DNA of 64,000 nucleotides from Acidobacteriota bacterium (GCA_963666215.2 CAXWPL010000004.1:864001-928000), one strand, 5' to 3'. Positions 40,339 to 49,879 are shown, counted from the stretch's first letter. Made by a program: numbers and translations. Notes: generated by a model not told the origin, from the letters alone.

Positions 40339-40855
40339 ATGAGCGACTCGACGGATCGCATACTGCGGCGGATCTCGAAGCTCGCGGGCTTCGCGGAGCG
40401 GCTTGAGGAGGAGCGACGCATCGAGGTTATCCGCCTCGCGCGCGTGCTCGCGATCGCGGGGCTGCCGAAGCGGCAGGTGGACGCGAGCCATCTGAGCCGG
40501 ACGCTGCGTGTCGGAGCAGCGACGTGGCTTCGGGTCACATACTCGGTCGACGAAGGAGCTCCCCTACCCTACGGCGCTGATCGCTTTGTGCTCGCCGGTA
40601 TCCAACACCTGGCGCTCGAGCAAGATTCGCGGACGGTGCTGTTCAACCGGGTTGGCGAGCTGCTACACACGTTTGGCTTGAGCCAGGACGGACGCTCGGA
40701 CTCCTGCGGCAGCGATTCAAGCGGATCGCGGGGCTGTCGATCAGGCTGCGGTTTGGTGGGTCGCTGGCTGAGCTCGATGATGCCGACGTCGGTGAGCAGC
40801 TCTTCATCATCCGGCGGTACTCCCTGCCGACAGGTCGAGAGCTTCGGCTCTTGAA
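40339..40855 (+). pseudogene. repA: N-terminal half of the plasmid replication protein (RepA_C/IncW-like), with a frameshift near 40697
   Basis: GLPKR, LPYGADRFVL and SRTVLF..ELLHTFGL; continues in the -1 frame as LLRQRFKRIAGLSIRL...RELRL up to TTGAA. Confidence 0.75.
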
Positions 40856-40882
40856 CACCGTCGGCCATGGCACTACCGCTCG

Positions 40883-41770
40883 CTACCCAGGCAGAGCCGC
40901 AAGCGTATCGGCGAGCCAGAGCGCGAAAAGACCGATCGTGGTGCCGACGATGAGGTCGATGACGTAGTGATAGCGGCCGTAGACGGTAGCGACGAACATC
41001 ACGCCGGCCACGGAGCCGCCGATCAGACCACCGGTGAGGCCCCAGATACGGATGCACCAGATCACGAAGACGATCGCGGTGGAGCTGTGTGCGCTCGGCA
41101 TGGCGCCGCCCTTGTGCGCCGTGGTGCCCCACATGATCTTGTTCATGAAGTTGGTGACGACGTAGCCCGACAGGATCTTCTCGTCGTCGGGCAGATGGCC
41201 CTGATCGACCAGTGCCCAGCGCGGTCCCCACAGCGGCGTCAACGGGTAGATTGAATAGCAGATCGCGTAGCCGAGGTTCACCGACAGCGCCATGGCTTCG
41301 AAGCGCTCGAAGTCGCCAGCGTAATGCAACGCTACGCCGAGCACCGGGGTGTAGAAGTAGTACGAGAAGTAGAAGAAGTTCATCGTCTCGTTCAACAGCC
41401 GCGATCGACCACGCGCCATCCACAAGCTCGGCTGGCCGAACATGCGACCATCCCAGTCGATGAGCTGGCGGTCGTAGCTGAACTCCGGCGGGTAGTAGAA
41501 GTGCAGCGTGCGGCCGGCCCAGGCGTAGCCCCACCAGAAGAAGACGATGGGCGCCCACAGCCGCAGGCCCAGAAGGAGAGGCCAGTCGTTCCAGCGTTCG
41601 CCGCCGCCCAGCTGGCTGAGCACGAAGAAGCCAACGCCTAGCAGCAGATTGGTGAGGTGCGCACGGCCGGCGTGCGGCGACGGACGGCGCGCGATCAGGT
41701 AGTGAAGCGAGTTCACCAGCAGGAGGGGCAAGGTGAACAGGCAGAGCACGCTTCCGTAGTAGTTCGACAT
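40883..41770 (-). CDS. PAP2 superfamily membrane phosphatase/phosphotransferase
   Basis: GPR, AMPSAHSS and GRYHYVID; TM helices. Confidence 0.85.
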   Translation of the reverse strand: MSNYYGSVLCLFTLPLLLVNSLHYLIARRPSPHAGRAHLTNLLLGVGFFVLSQLGGGERWNDWPLLLGLRLWAPIVFFWWGYAWAGRTLHFYYPPEFSYDRQLIDWDGRMFGQPSLWMARGRSRLLNETMNFFYFSYYFYTPVLGVALHYAGDFERFEAMALSVNLGYAICYSIYPLTPLWGPRWALVDQGHLPDDEKILSGYVVTNFMNKIMWGTTAHKGGAMPSAHSSTAIVFVIWCIRIWGLTGGLIGGSVAGVMFVATVYGRYHYVIDLIVGTTIGLFALWLADTLAALPG

Positions 41771-41796
41771 TTCAGCGGGTCAGCGGGTCGACGGAT

Positions 41797-42654
41797 CTAG
41801 CGGGCCAGCACGTCGCCGGCGCCGGGCATTACGAGCGCTGTCATCTGGCTTGCAGTCGGCGGCCAGTCGATTACCAGGCCGCGCCCAATGCCCTGTACCA
41901 CCTTCTCACCGTACAGGTGATCGACCAGGTACATCGCCACGTCGTAGCTGCGTGCTCCGCCCTGCGATGTCATCGCCTTGCCGTCGTGAACGAAGCTGAC
42001 GCCGCGGCGCTGGTCGAGCTGAGGAAAGTCCGCCGCGTAGCGGTCCTGATCGCCCGGAAAGGTGGTGCTGGCAACGTTGTCGAGGAGGCCAGCGGAGGCC
42101 AGGACAAAAGCGCCATCGCAGAGCGAGACGATGTAGCGAGCCTTCGATCCGACTTCCGCGACCCACCCCATCATCTCCTCGTCCTCGAGGTCGGTGGTCA
42201 TGCTCCCCTCGGCGCTGGGAATCAACAGGATGTCGATCTCTGGGGCCGTTTCGAAGCTGTAGTGCGGCATCAGCCGCAGGCCTTCGAAGGTGGTGATCGG
42301 GCTGCCGTCAGACGAGACGGTGAAGACCTCGATGCCGGGCTGAGTGTGGAAGATCGTGTGCTGGAGGATGTCGTAGGGCGCGACCAGCTCGCTGTTGTAC
42401 ACGCCGTCCACAACCAAGAAGCCGGCGCGCAACGCACGATCGGCGGGCAACTGGGGCGCGGCGACACGTTCCCACGGTGCTTTCGCCGACAGCGTCGCTT
42501 CTGTCTCCCCGACCTCGCCAGGACGTTCGTCCGCTGTCGCGGCGCAACCGTTCGTCGCCAGCAGACCCAGCCCGGTCAGGACGACCAGCGCCAACACGCC
42601 AGGCGAGTAACGGGTTGCCCCGCGTAAGCCACGGCACGGTGTCAGGTCCGGCAT
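41797..42654 (-). CDS. Exported DJ-1/PfpI family protein
   Basis: AGGAG then ATG 42654; signal/lipobox-like ATNGC; VSLCDGAFVLASAGLLD. Confidence 0.85.
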   Translation of the reverse strand: MPDLTPCRGLRGATRYSPGVLALVVLTGLGLLATNGCAATADERPGEVGETEATLSAKAPWERVAAPQLPADRALRAGFLVVDGVYNSELVAPYDILQHTIFHTQPGIEVFTVSSDGSPITTFEGLRLMPHYSFETAPEIDILLIPSAEGSMTTDLEDEEMMGWVAEVGSKARYIVSLCDGAFVLASAGLLDNVASTTFPGDQDRYAADFPQLDQRRGVSFVHDGKAMTSQGGARSYDVAMYLVDHLYGEKVVQGIGRGLVIDWPPTASQMTALVMPGAGDVLAR

Positions 42655-42739
42655 CGGGGTCTCCTGATTCATTCGAGGGTCGTGAGCGGGTCTTTGAAGG
42701 AGGTCAGGTGGCCGATAACACGCGCCGCGTGGCAGGCCG

Positions 42740-44197
42740 CTACTGGATATAGCCAAGAGCGCGGAGCTGTTCGAGGGTCGCCTCGTCGAGCTCGATGCTC
42801 TCGGTGGCAAGCGGTGCGCGCGTGTCGAGTGCCGCCTGCAGGTTGCGCTCGAGCATCTGTCTGATGGCTGGCTGCTCGGCGCTGCGATCCACCAGCTCGA
42901 GTGGGTCGACGATGAGGTCGAACAACTTGTTGTCGTACAGCTTCCAGCGCAGCGTGCGAATAGCCAGCGGGTTCTTCTCCTGCCAGCGGTCGCGTTGAGC
43001 AATCGTGAAGAGGGTTTCCGGCCGTTCGTCGCCGGCCGATTCGAGCAGGCTCCGTCCCTCGAAGGTCCCCGGGTTGTCGATTCCCAGCACGTCGACAACC
43101 GTCGGCAGCAAATCGATGCCGCGTGCAAGATCTTGAACCCGTCGTCCGGCGCCAACCGAATCGGGAAACTTGATTGCCAGCGGCACGCGCAGAAGCTCAT
43201 CGTACAGCGTGTACGAATGCCAGCCGATACGGTCGTGGTCGGCGAACTCTTCGCCATGATCGGCGGTGGCGATGATCAGGCTGCGCTCGTATCGGCCGCT
43301 CGACTTGAGGTAGTCGATGAGGACGCCGAACGAGTTGTCCATGCTGCGGATCTCGGCGTCGTATTGCAGCACGATCTCGTCGTAAAGCGGCTGCGTGAGC
43401 TCAATCTTGTCGTTGTTGATCTTGCGCAGTGTGGCGACCTCGATGCCATCCTTGGTGAGCTCCGCGACCTCCGCGTCGGGCTCCGGCACGTTCGCGTCGC
43501 GTCGCATGAGTCGCAGCGTGTTGGCCGTCGGCGTGTACGGGTGGTGGACCTCGTAGGTGTGTACGAACAGAAAGAAAGGCGCTCCATCCAGCGTACTCAC
43601 CCAGTTGGTCGCGCGGCCCACACCATCGCTGAAACGGCGAGTCATGTAGTTGTTGGTCGTCAGTCCATCGTAGACGTCGAATCCCTGTGCGAAGCCCCAG
43701 CTTGGCGCCGTCTGGCCACCGTCGGTAACCGCTCCAGTGGCCATCCCGGAGAGACTGAGGATTTCCGCCATGGTCAGCAACTCGTCGGCCAAAGGCCTAC
43801 GCCCCGAGGCGCTGGCGCCGTGGTGTGGCGGAATGAGCGATGTGAAGATCGAGGCGTGCGACGGCAGCGTAGAGGGCGCCTGCGCGATGGCATTGTCGAA
43901 CACCACCGCCTCTTCGCAGAATGCGTCGATGTTCGGGGTGGTCGGCCGTTCGTAACCGAAGCATCCGACGTGGTCGCGACGCAGCGTGTCGAGTGAGATC
44001 AGGACCACATTGCAGTCGAAGCACCGCGCCTCGTCGCTGGTCGGTGGTCGGTCCGAGTACGGACTCGTGTCGGCGCCGGCCAGCAGAGCCGCCAGCACGG
44101 GGCCACCGTCTGCCATCTGACAGCAGAAAGCGACGACGAGTAGCACGAGCGGGAATGGTTTCACGACGTTGGTTGCCCTTCTTGTCGACAGCTGCAC
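42740..44197 (-). CDS. Sulfatase-like hydrolase
   Basis: NVVLISLDTLRRD, TLPSHASIFTS, HTYEVHHPY and TADHGEEF. Start uncertain. Confidence 0.88.
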   Translation of the reverse strand: MQLSTRRATNVVKPFPLVLLVVAFCCQMADGGPVLAALLAGADTSPYSDRPPTSDEARCFDCNVVLISLDTLRRDHVGCFGYERPTTPNIDAFCEEAVVFDNAIAQAPSTLPSHASIFTSLIPPHHGASASGRRPLADELLTMAEILSLSGMATGAVTDGGQTAPSWGFAQGFDVYDGLTTNNYMTRRFSDGVGRATNWVSTLDGAPFFLFVHTYEVHHPYTPTANTLRLMRRDANVPEPDAEVAELTKDGIEVATLRKINNDKIELTQPLYDEIVLQYDAEIRSMDNSFGVLIDYLKSSGRYERSLIIATADHGEEFADHDRIGWHSYTLYDELLRVPLAIKFPDSVGAGRRVQDLARGIDLLPTVVDVLGIDNPGTFEGRSLLESAGDERPETLFTIAQRDRWQEKNPLAIRTLRWKLYDNKLFDLIVDPLELVDRSAEQPAIRQMLERNLQAALDTRAPLATESIELDEATLEQLRALGYIQ

Positions 44198-44248
44198 CGA
44201 AGGACGCCAAGTCTAGCCCGTCGGAGAAGTCTGCCCGAGCGGTCCTAG

Positions 44249-45573
44249 CAGGCTGCTGAAAAACGGCTCACGAGTGTCGATCCGGTCCCCGAGCGGCAGC
44301 GTGGAGTAGGCATGGCGCGCACCGTTGAAGGGGGGCGATCGCAAACGACCCTTCGCTCGTCACCTCGAGAGGCGGTTTGGCGCTCCCGGGTCCCACTACC
44401 TTCACGTCAGCGCCTCGAGATTGCGCATTCTCACCAAGGTGAACGCTGCCGCGGTGAAGACGAACATCCAGCCGACGCGGTCGACCCCTCGGTGCTTCGT
44501 CTTGCGGATCAGTCCTACTGTCTTGCCCCAGCCAAAGACCTGCTCGACGAGCTTGCGTTTGACCTGGCTTTGCTTGTACCCGGCGTGCCTCGTGGTGCGG
44601 CCATCGATCGCGCTGCGTCTGTTGGTGTCGTTCTGCGCCACATACGGCGTTACGTTCCGATCTCTCAGCTTGCCGACGCACTCCTTGGTGTCGTAGTTCT
44701 TGTCGCCACCCATAGTCACGCGATCTGTCCCGGGGATCTCGCCGGCCATCGCCACTGCCGCATCTCGTTCCGCTGTGCCTGAAGCCTTCGTTACCATCGC
44801 GTTGGTCGGCAGCCCGTGGCGGTTGTCGACTACCAGGTGGCCCATGTAGCAGAGCTTCGCCTCGGATCCCTTGCTCTTCCTATACAGGCGGGCGTCAGGA
44901 TCGGTTCTCGAGGCGTGTGTATCGCTCTTGCGCCGCTGTTTGCGGAAATCGACGTCCGGGTTCCGGCCGCCACCACTGGGTGGATCCTGCCGCCCGCTCG
45001 GGTCTTTGGGCTGGTAGCTCTTGTGCGATGCCCACGCTTCGATCAGCGTTCCATCAACGGTGAAGTGCTCGTCCGATAGCAGTCCGCGCCTGCGCGCTTG
45101 CTCCACGACTTGCTCGAAGAACACTTCGGCGACCTCACCACCGAGCACCCGGTCTCGGTTCTTGGTGAACACCGTCGCATCCCACACCGCATCGTCCATG
45201 TTCAAGCCCACGAACCAGCGGAATAGCAGGTTGTAGTCGAGCTGCTCCATCAGCATGCGCTCGGAGCGGATCGTATACAGCACCTGCAGCAGCAATGCCC
45301 GCAACAGCTTCTCCGGCGGGATCGACGGCCGCCCCGTGTGCGAGTACATGCCGGCGAACAGTGGCGACATCTGTTCCAGCACGTTGTTGACGATCTTCAG
45401 CAGCCGCCGCAGCGGATGGTCCTTCGGTACCCTCTGCTCGGGCGAGATATAGCTGAACGCTGCCACTTGACCCGCGTCTTCACCACGCATCTGCTCACCT
45501 CGTCGATGCTTCCGGTTGGCACGGGGCTGCATGGGTCAAGCTACATGAACGCTAGGAGTTTTTCAGCAGCCTG
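44249..45573 (-). mobile_element. IS5-family insertion sequence, copy 1 (1325 bp)
   Basis: TIR CAGGCTGCTGAAAAAC at both ends; CTAG duplication at 44245-44248 and 45574-45577. Confidence 0.95.
44402..45490 (-). CDS. IS5 family DDE transposase
   Basis: GRPSIPPEKLLRA, LFRWFVGL, VDGTLIEA, GGDKNYD and VEQVFGWGK. Confidence 0.93.
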   Translation of the reverse strand: MRGEDAGQVAAFSYISPEQRVPKDHPLRRLLKIVNNVLEQMSPLFAGMYSHTGRPSIPPEKLLRALLLQVLYTIRSERMLMEQLDYNLLFRWFVGLNMDDAVWDATVFTKNRDRVLGGEVAEVFFEQVVEQARRRGLLSDEHFTVDGTLIEAWASHKSYQPKDPSGRQDPPSGGGRNPDVDFRKQRRKSDTHASRTDPDARLYRKSKGSEAKLCYMGHLVVDNRHGLPTNAMVTKASGTAERDAAVAMAGEIPGTDRVTMGGDKNYDTKECVGKLRDRNVTPYVAQNDTNRRSAIDGRTTRHAGYKQSQVKRKLVEQVFGWGKTVGLIRKTKHRGVDRVGWMFVFTAAAFTLVRMRNLEALT

Positions 45574-45694
45574 CTAGACGGCGGTGGCGCGCGAGGCTAG
45601 ATTGGAGGCATCGCTCGGGGGCGAGCTGGTCGGGGAAGGCGAGTGCGGCGTCGCCGCGGCCGCCTGTGAGGGGGCATCCAAGTTCAGGTGACCC

Positions 45695-46618
45695 ATGGAC
45701 GCTCGCTCCCGGCCTCTTTCTGCTGATCTCCGTCGCCCTTGCTCGTCTCGTCGCTGGTACTCCGGGCGCCGCGCTTTGCTGGTCGCTACTGGCGCCCGGG
45801 CTGTCGTTGTCGCCGTAGCTCTGACGCTCGTCCTGGCCGCCCCCACCCAGGCTCAGGAGGCCGCGTCCGACGAAGCAGCGGTCAAGCCGTGGACCAACGA
45901 GGCGGAGCTCTCGTTCGTCCGCACCAGCGGCAACACTACGACCACGAGCCTCTCGTTTGCTGATCGTTTCGCCTACAACTGGACCTACTCAGAGCTCGTT
46001 GTTCGAGCCTCGCTGCTCAAGGCCTCGCGGGATCTCCGCGTGCTCACCAGCGAGGACGGCGTCGTCACGGCGGACTTTCTGAGCGAAGACATCGCCGAGG
46101 CCTACGACTTCAACGGCCAGTACCGACGCAATGTTTTCGGCAACCTCTTCTGGTACATCGGGGCCGGCTGGTATCGCAACGAATTTGCCGGCCTGAGCAA
46201 TCGCTATCACGCTGGCGCGGGATTCGGCTACCGCTTCGTCGAGAACGAGCGCTCAACGGCCATCGGCGAGATCGGCGTCAACCTGACTCGCGAGGAGCAA
46301 ACCAATCTTTCAGAAGACACCTACGTCGAGGTTCGCGGCTTCCTCGGCGTGAAGCACAAGCTCAACGACAACACCGACTTCGCCACCGATCTCGAGATCC
46401 TTCCCAACGTCACCGATTTCGAGGACCTACGCCTGAACTCGGTGACCTCGCTGAGCGCGCGTCTTACGGACGTGCTGGCGCTGCGAATCGGCCTTACGAT
46501 CCACTACGACCGATTGCCGGTCGTGTTCCGCCTCGACTCACCGACCGGCGTCCCAGCGTTCTTCACGCTGCAGACCACCGACACGTTGCTGTCGACCGCG
46601 TTGGTGTTGAAGTTCTAG
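45695..46618 (+). CDS. DUF481/YdiY-like outer-membrane beta-barrel
   Basis: TSGNT, GAGFGYRF, amphipathic strands and a terminal Phe. Confidence 0.8.
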   Translation: MDARSRPLSADLRRPCSSRRWYSGRRALLVATGARAVVVAVALTLVLAAPTQAQEAASDEAAVKPWTNEAELSFVRTSGNTTTTSLSFADRFAYNWTYSELVVRASLLKASRDLRVLTSEDGVVTADFLSEDIAEAYDFNGQYRRNVFGNLFWYIGAGWYRNEFAGLSNRYHAGAGFGYRFVENERSTAIGEIGVNLTREEQTNLSEDTYVEVRGFLGVKHKLNDNTDFATDLEILPNVTDFEDLRLNSVTSLSARLTDVLALRIGLTIHYDRLPVVFRLDSPTGVPAFFTLQTTDTLLSTALVLKF

Positions 46619-46645
46619 CCTCCGAGTCGGGGTGGTTGGCGCTTC

Positions 46646-47683
46646 CTACGGCGTGCGCGCTCCTAGCCAGCGTTCGCTCGCCGTGTGCAGCGGCAGCGGT
46701 GCGCGTCGCAGTGCGTCCAGATCGATTTGCGACGCGATCGGGTTGACTCGAATCAGCTCGTCGCGGCGATCGAGCAGCGCGTTCAGGAGCGCCTCGACCG
46801 TGGCGTCGTCGAGGTCGCTGCGGCCCACCAGCCAGTTCATGACGGTGGCTGCGGCGAGGTCGTTCTCGACTCCGGGGTAGGCGCCCGCCGGCAGAGCGCC
46901 GTGGCCATAGTGCGGATGTCGATCGCTGAGCTCGAGCAGTCGTTCTGGCTCGAGGCCTAGCAGTTTGACGCCTGCCGCCGTCGTGGCTTCGAGTACCGCG
47001 GCCGCGGGGTAGCCGACCACGAAGATGGCGGCATCGATCGCACCGTCGCGCAGCGCGGACGCCGATTCGGAGAAGGACAGGAAGCGCTCGTCGATGTCGT
47101 CGTAGTCGAGCCCGTGTGCCTCGAGCAGGTCTCGCGCGGCCTGCTCGGTGCCACTTCCGGCGGCTCCGACAGAAACGCGGCGCCCGGCGAAATCGCTCAC
47201 CGAGGTGGCCGCGAACGAGCGTCCGACGAGCACGTGGAGCACGCTCGGGTAGAGCGGCGCGAGCACGCGGACGTTGCCGTATCGGGCGGCGTCGCGGGTG
47301 GTTTGAAGCAGTGTCGTTCCGATCGTGAAGCCGATGTCAATCTCGCCAGCGGCGATGCGATTGAGGTTCTCCACGGCGCCACCGCTAACTTCTGCCGTAA
47401 CCGTCAAGTGCGTGTCGGTGCTCGAGAGCATGCCGGCGATCGCCCCGCCCAGCGGGTAGTAGATGCCGCCGGTGCCGCCGGTGCCGATGCTCAGGAAACG
47501 GGTGGGTTGTCCCCCAGAGCCGGAGTTGCAACCGCTCAGCGCCGGCACCAGCGCAGCTAACGCGACGAGGGCACGCGTGCGACGGACGTTGGTGCTGGCG
47601 GGTCGGATGAGTCTCCTGGCTTCACCCGACAGCTCGGGCCGAGCCGACGACGAACACTTCGATTCGAAAGGGCGATTAGCCAT
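46646..47683 (-). CDS. TAXI family TRAP solute-binding lipoprotein
   Basis: LSGC lipobox, IGTGGTGGIYYPLG, VSVGAAGSGT and PLH. Confidence 0.9.
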   Translation of the reverse strand: MANRPFESKCSSSARPELSGEARRLIRPASTNVRRTRALVALAALVPALSGCNSGSGGQPTRFLSIGTGGTGGIYYPLGGAIAGMLSSTDTHLTVTAEVSGGAVENLNRIAAGEIDIGFTIGTTLLQTTRDAARYGNVRVLAPLYPSVLHVLVGRSFAATSVSDFAGRRVSVGAAGSGTEQAARDLLEAHGLDYDDIDERFLSFSESASALRDGAIDAAIFVVGYPAAAVLEATTAAGVKLLGLEPERLLELSDRHPHYGHGALPAGAYPGVENDLAAATVMNWLVGRSDLDDATVEALLNALLDRRDELIRVNPIASQIDLDALRRAPLPLHTASERWLGARTP

Positions 47684-49682
47684 CGGCGGCCTTCGTAAAT
47701 GCAAGCCTGGTACGGGCGAGCATGGAAGCTCCCAGGACGACCGCTCCGGCAACATCGGTCGCCAGGTCGGGAAACAGTAGCGTCAGCGCGGCGGCAGCGA
47801 GCACGGCGCGCTCCCAGCCAGGAAGGCGGCGATTGTGGTACCCGGAGCCCGCGGCCGCAAGGGCGGTGACACCCGCCAAGCCGCTGATCACGGCGATGAC
47901 GATGTCGAGCGGCGGGGCGTCGAGCAGCAGCGCCGGTCCGTACACAAACATGAACGGCACAACGAAGCCGGTGCTCGCCAACGCAACCGCCGCTGTGGCC
48001 GTCCGCAGCGGTGATGCCTCGGCGATCCCGGCGGCGGCGTAGGCCGCGAGCGCCACGGGTGGCGTGATATTGGAGATGCAGCCGAAGTAAAAGATGAACA
48101 GGTGCGCCGCGAGCATCGGCACTCCGAGCTCGACGAGCGCGGGTGCACCAAGGGCTGCCAGAACGACGTAGGCGGCGGTTGTCGGGAGACCCATTCCGAG
48201 GACCACCGAGCCGGCGGCGGTGAGCAGCAGCGCCACGGGCAAGTGTCCGTTGGACAGTGTGACGATGAGCTCCGACATACGCAGTCCGATTCCGGTCAGA
48301 GTTGCAATGCCGACGATGATGCCCGCGGTGGCGCATGCCGCCGCTACCTGCACGCTGCCTGCCGCGGCCGCGACCACGATCTGGCGCAGCTTGCCTACGC
48401 TCGGCCGCGTGGTGCGACTGGCGAACGAGAGCGCCAGCGCCGACGCCACTCCCCAGAAGGCCGCGCGCATGGGAGATCGGCCCAGGGCCAGCAGCGCGAC
48501 GATGGCCACGAGCGGCAACAACAGGTGCAGGCGCGAACGTATGGAGGGTTGCGGTCCCTCCTCGATCTCGGCCAGCTGCGGCTCCGACGACGAGCTTGGT
48601 CGATTCAACTCGGCTTGATCGTGGCGCGCTGAGCTCGCGTTCGCCGCGCGCTGTTGCCGCCGGGCCGAGAAATGAATGCCGAGGAGCAACGCGGCGTAGT
48701 AGAGCAGCGCCGGTACCACCGCCGCGGTGGCGACACGGAGGTAGGGGATGTTCGTCCAGGTGGCGAGGATGAACGCGCCGGCGCCCATGATCGGTGGCAT
48801 CAGCTGGCCGCCGGTGCTCGCCGCCGCCTCGATTGCCGCGGCCTGTCGCGGCTCAAAGCCGGCCCGCTTCATCAGGGGAATCGTCAGACTGCCGGTTGTC
48901 ACGACGTTGGCGACGGCGCTTCCCGACAGCGAGCCCATCAGGGCGCTCGCCAGAGCGGCGGTCTTGGCTGGCCGATCGTCCGGCAAGAGCACGCCGACCG
49001 CGCCCTCTGGGCACTCCGTGCTTCTGGCCAGGCTCTTTGCCCGGTCGTGCCGGCCCCCGGCGACGCCAGCCGCGAGTGTGATGAGAAGTTGCCCGCCTCC
49101 GGCGCCATCGAGGAGCGCACCGAACAGCACGAAGAGGTAGACGAAGTTGGCCGAGACCGCCAGCGGGATCCCCCAGATTCCCTCTGTCGACAGGTAGAGC
49201 TGCTGAATGATGCGCGCCACACCGTAGCCCCGGTGGGCAAGGATTCCAGGCAGGTAGGGGCCCGCCAGCCCGTAGACCAGTGCCGCTACAGCGACGCTAA
49301 CCAGACCCCAACCCGTTGTTCGCCGCGCCAGCTCGAGCACGGCGACGATTGTCAGCCCGCCAAGCACGAGGTCGAGCGTCGTCGCCGTGCCGATGCGGCG
49401 CACCAGTTCCTCGTTGGCCCACACCAGGTATGCACAAGCGGACGCGAGAACCACGATCAGCGTCGTATCAACGGTGCTCGCCAACCGCGACACGTGACGG
49501 CTCGTGCCTTCTTGGGTAGCGGCGCGAACGCCCACTCCGAGAAACCCGAGCGTGGCCATCAACGCCAGGTGAACAGGTCGCTGGACCAGGGCGGTGAACG
49601 GCGAGAAGCCGGCGGCGTACAAATGGAAGCTCGCTGCCCCGAGGGCAACGGCGGCGATGACGTGGCGGCGCATGGCCGGCAT
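47676..49682 (-). CDS. TRAP transporter fused 4TM/12TM permease
   Basis: EGIWGIP, SGSAVANVVTTG, ASTGGQLMPPIMGAGAF, GMGLPTT and ITPPVALA. Confidence 0.92.
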   Translation of the reverse strand: MPAMRRHVIAAVALGAASFHLYAAGFSPFTALVQRPVHLALMATLGFLGVGVRAATQEGTSRHVSRLASTVDTTLIVVLASACAYLVWANEELVRRIGTATTLDLVLGGLTIVAVLELARRTTGWGLVSVAVAALVYGLAGPYLPGILAHRGYGVARIIQQLYLSTEGIWGIPLAVSANFVYLFVLFGALLDGAGGGQLLITLAAGVAGGRHDRAKSLARSTECPEGAVGVLLPDDRPAKTAALASALMGSLSGSAVANVVTTGSLTIPLMKRAGFEPRQAAAIEAAASTGGQLMPPIMGAGAFILATWTNIPYLRVATAAVVPALLYYAALLLGIHFSARRQQRAANASSARHDQAELNRPSSSSEPQLAEIEEGPQPSIRSRLHLLLPLVAIVALLALGRSPMRAAFWGVASALALSFASRTTRPSVGKLRQIVVAAAAGSVQVAAACATAGIIVGIATLTGIGLRMSELIVTLSNGHLPVALLLTAAGSVVLGMGLPTTAAYVVLAALGAPALVELGVPMLAAHLFIFYFGCISNITPPVALAAYAAAGIAEASPLRTATAAVALASTGFVVPFMFVYGPALLLDAPPLDIVIAVISGLAGVTALAAAGSGYHNRRLPGWERAVLAAAALTLLFPDLATDVAGAVVLGASMLARTRLAFTKAADG

Positions 49683-49879
49683 ACAATACCGCCGCGTGGA
49701 TCAATGCCCTTGGCCGTCATCGACTCGCCGGGTGCTCGCAGGTTGGCGAGCGCGTTCACGCGCCACGGGTTGGCCAAGCCGCACTCACACGGGAGCTCGC
49801 GCTTTTGTCCTTTCGGTTTCTTCGATTCGATTCTGTCTCTCGACTCTCGCGACTCGATTGTTTGTGCGCCGATCCACTG

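Larger units (their letters stand above)
35229..40855. mobile_element. Integrated plasmid-like element (5622-bp circle) opened within its rep gene
   Basis: TTGAA direct repeats at 35229-35233 and 40851-40855; rep halves at opposite ends; parA/RHH, TA pair and origin-like region; visibly more AT-rich than the flanks. Confidence 0.85.

Noticed and set aside
35229-40855. Prophage or phage satellite
   Set aside because: No structural, terminase, primase or integrase genes are recognisable.
35217-40865. Transposon with 12-bp terminal inverted repeats, or an integron attC or dif site
   Set aside because: The inverted arms extend outside the TTGAA direct repeats and there is no outer duplication. 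The site does not match RYYYAAC...GTTRRRY or the XerC/D consensus.
42655-43257. 486-aa version of the DJ-1 ORF
   Set aside because: The upstream part overlaps the sulfatase out of frame, and an RBS supports ATG 42654.
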